Positions 17,522 to 19,147 of a stretch of 19,147 bases of DNA are shown in pieces. Each line of letters opens with the position of its first letter. The first letter of the stretch is position 1. A program made the position numbers and the translations under genes. Origin of the DNA: an archaeon (GTDB lineage Archaea; Asgardarchaeota; Thorarchaeia; Thorarchaeales; Thorarchaeaceae); the NCBI GenBank assembly GCA_024276825.1, contig JAJRWI010000066.1, positions 1 to 19,147 of the forward strand. Reading direction: 5' to 3'. The notes below the pieces were generated by a model. The model was not told where the DNA came from. It saw nothing but the letters and a program-made list of their open reading frames with translations, and did no database searches.

Positions 17522-19147
17522 TTAAACTGAAAACTCTGTCCTCGAGATAATCTCATTTTGAACAAATGGGTCTAATTCAATGAAGTAGGCACTATAACCT
17601 GCCACACGAACTATGAGATTCCTGTAAAGCTCAGGCTTGACTTTTGCCTCTTCGAGGGTTTGTCGATCCACCACATTGAATTGCAAATGGAGCCCGCCCA
17701 TATTGAAATAACTATCAATAAGACTGATGAACTTCAATCTACTTTCGTGAGTGGCAAAGAAACTTGGCGTGAATTTCATGTTGTACAGGGTTCCATTAAA
17801 ACATTTTCTATGATCCAAGCGGGCAACAGACTTCATGGCGGCTGTTGGTCCATTTTTATCGCGGTTCTGAGCGGGCGAAACACCATCAGAGATGATATGG
17901 CTAGCCTTGCGTCCGTCTGGTGTCGCATCGACAACTTCACCCTGCGGAATATACATTGATACTGAAAAAAGGGCTCCATGATAGGGGCCATTTCTGGTGG
18001 TCTGTCTGCTTTGAATCGAATTACAAAATGTCTGCCCAATCTCGCGAGCAAGAAGATCTACATGTTCAATATCATTTCCATATTTAGACGGGTCATTCTC
18101 AAGCATTGATCGCAGTTCCTCATGGCCCTCAAAATTCTGTTTTAGAATTTGCAATATCTGGTCCATGCTAATGGTCTTAAGATTAAAGACATGCTTTCTA
18201 AGCATCTCCAATGAGTCTGTGGCAATTGCAATTCCCACTCCCATGATACCGCCAGAATTATAGATTGCACCCCCAGCCTGCATTGTTTTTCCAGATTCGA
18301 TACATCCTTGAAGCAGTGATGAAATAAATGGTGTGGGCTTGTGCTCTTCAAGCACTTTTGCAGCTACTCTATCTGCGCGAACCAGTAGTTCAATGGTATA
18401 GTCAATCTGTTCCTTAAAGGCCATAAAAAGCTCATCAAATGATTTGAAATTGCGAGGGTTTCCAGTTTCTTTGCCTACCAGTTCGCCAGTAGTGGGGTCC
18501 CGTCCGTTATTCAGAGTGATTTCGAGAATTCTTGGAAGGTTTACATAACCAATGTTTGGGCGTGGGTCAGACTTTCCTTCAATTATGGGCTCGACACATC
18601 CAAGAATTGAATAATTAAAGGCCTCATGAGGATTAGTACCTTTGTCCAGCATTAATGGGATAATTATCTCATCGTTAAATAGGCCTGGCATTCCAAGACC
18701 CTTGGAAATCAATTCTACAACAAGATGCTTCATGGCCTTAGGCGTCTTCTTGTGCCATCTGAATGATATAGTTGGCTGCGTGAGATGAATATTTCCCGTC
18801 GTCCTAATAATAAGTTCAGTTAGTTCATTGCATGCATCATTGCCATCTGCAGTCTGCCCACCGATTGTGAGGTTTTGAAACATCGGATGTCCTGCAAAAG
18901 CGATACTATAGTATTCATTGCGAAGTTTAATGAGAGATGTGAACTTTATCCATAACATCTCAAGCAATTCCATGGCCCTTTCGGGAGTAATAATGCCACT
19001 TTGACGGTCATGCAGGTAGTAGGGATACATGTACTGATCAAATCGGCCCGTGGATATTGAATGTCCATTAGACTCAGTCTGGACCAATAGATGGATGAAC
19101 CAGAATGACTGCAAGGCCTCATGAAAAGTTCTAGCTGGTCTTGCAGG
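17522..19147 (-). CDS. Glycyl radical enzyme, PFL2/diol-dehydratase-like (partial, starts beyond right edge)
   Basis: Frame open to the window end (PARPARTFHEALQSFW); GRFDQY, QNLTIGG, single-Cys GCVEP, TPDGR, IVRVAGYS glycyl-radical motif. Confidence 0.92.
   Translation of the reverse strand, partial: PARPARTFHEALQSFWFIHLLVQTESNGHSISTGRFDQYMYPYYLHDRQSGIITPERAMELLEMLWIKFTSLIKLRNEYYSIAFAGHPMFQNLTIGGQTADGNDACNELTELIIRTTGNIHLTQPTISFRWHKKTPKAMKHLVVELISKGLGMPGLFNDEIIIPLMLDKGTNPHEAFNYSILGCVEPIIEGKSDPRPNIGYVNLPRILEITLNNGRDPTTGELVGKETGNPRNFKSFDELFMAFKEQIDYTIELLVRADRVAAKVLEEHKPTPFISSLLQGCIESGKTMQAGGAIYNSGGIMGVGIAIATDSLEMLRKHVFNLKTISMDQILQILKQNFEGHEELRSMLENDPSKYGNDIEHVDLLAREIGQTFCNSIQSRQTTRNGPYHGALFSVSMYIPQGEVVDATPDGRKASHIISDGVSPAQNRDKNGPTAAMKSVARLDHRKCFNGTLYNMKFTPSFFATHESRLKFISLIDSYFNMGGLHLQFNVVDRQTLEEAKVKPELYRNLIVRVAGYSAYFIELDPFVQNEIISRTEFSV

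Noticed and set aside
995-18351. Remaining short antisense or alternate-frame ORFs in the track (e.g. 995..1288, 3487..3849, 13205..13609, 14959..15384, 17660..17959)
   Set aside because: All or nearly all of each overlaps a well-supported gene, and none shows an independent motif.
17522-19147. Canonical pyruvate formate-lyase (pflB) call
   Set aside because: Lacks the adjacent Cys-Cys active site; has the single-Cys GCVEP loop.

Overview
Archaeal chromosomal window, most likely an Asgard archaeon (Thorarchaeota-like). This is inferred from a single-domain gelsolin, C-terminally anchored surface proteins, an LRR remnant and GGTGA-type Shine-Dalgarno sites. From left to right: (1) two tandem membrane proteins sharing a zinc-ribbon plus B-box-like zinc module, the left one truncated by the window edge and missed by the ORF track; (2) two paralogous secreted, membrane-anchored proteins flanking a membrane-bound ArsR-type regulator, with phased repeats and palindromes in the promoters; (3) an orphan C-terminal PIWI fragment of a prokaryotic Argonaute; (4) a VIT1/CCC1 family gene coupled to a D-cysteine desulfhydrase-like gene, followed by a decayed ORF and an FMN split-barrel protein; (5) a ProGel-like gelsolin, an HTH regulator and a decayed LRR gene; (6) two amidohydrolases around a surface protein; (7) a HEAT-repeat/winged-helix protein coupled to a protein with a PIP-box-like motif; (8) a glycyl radical enzyme followed by kdgK and eda. 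The best candidates for undescribed systems are the GRE-kdgK-eda cluster (a possible radical sugar-acid dehydratase feeding Entner-Doudoroff catabolism) and the HEAT-wH/PIP-box pair. All family calls come from motif recognition; no database searches were run.
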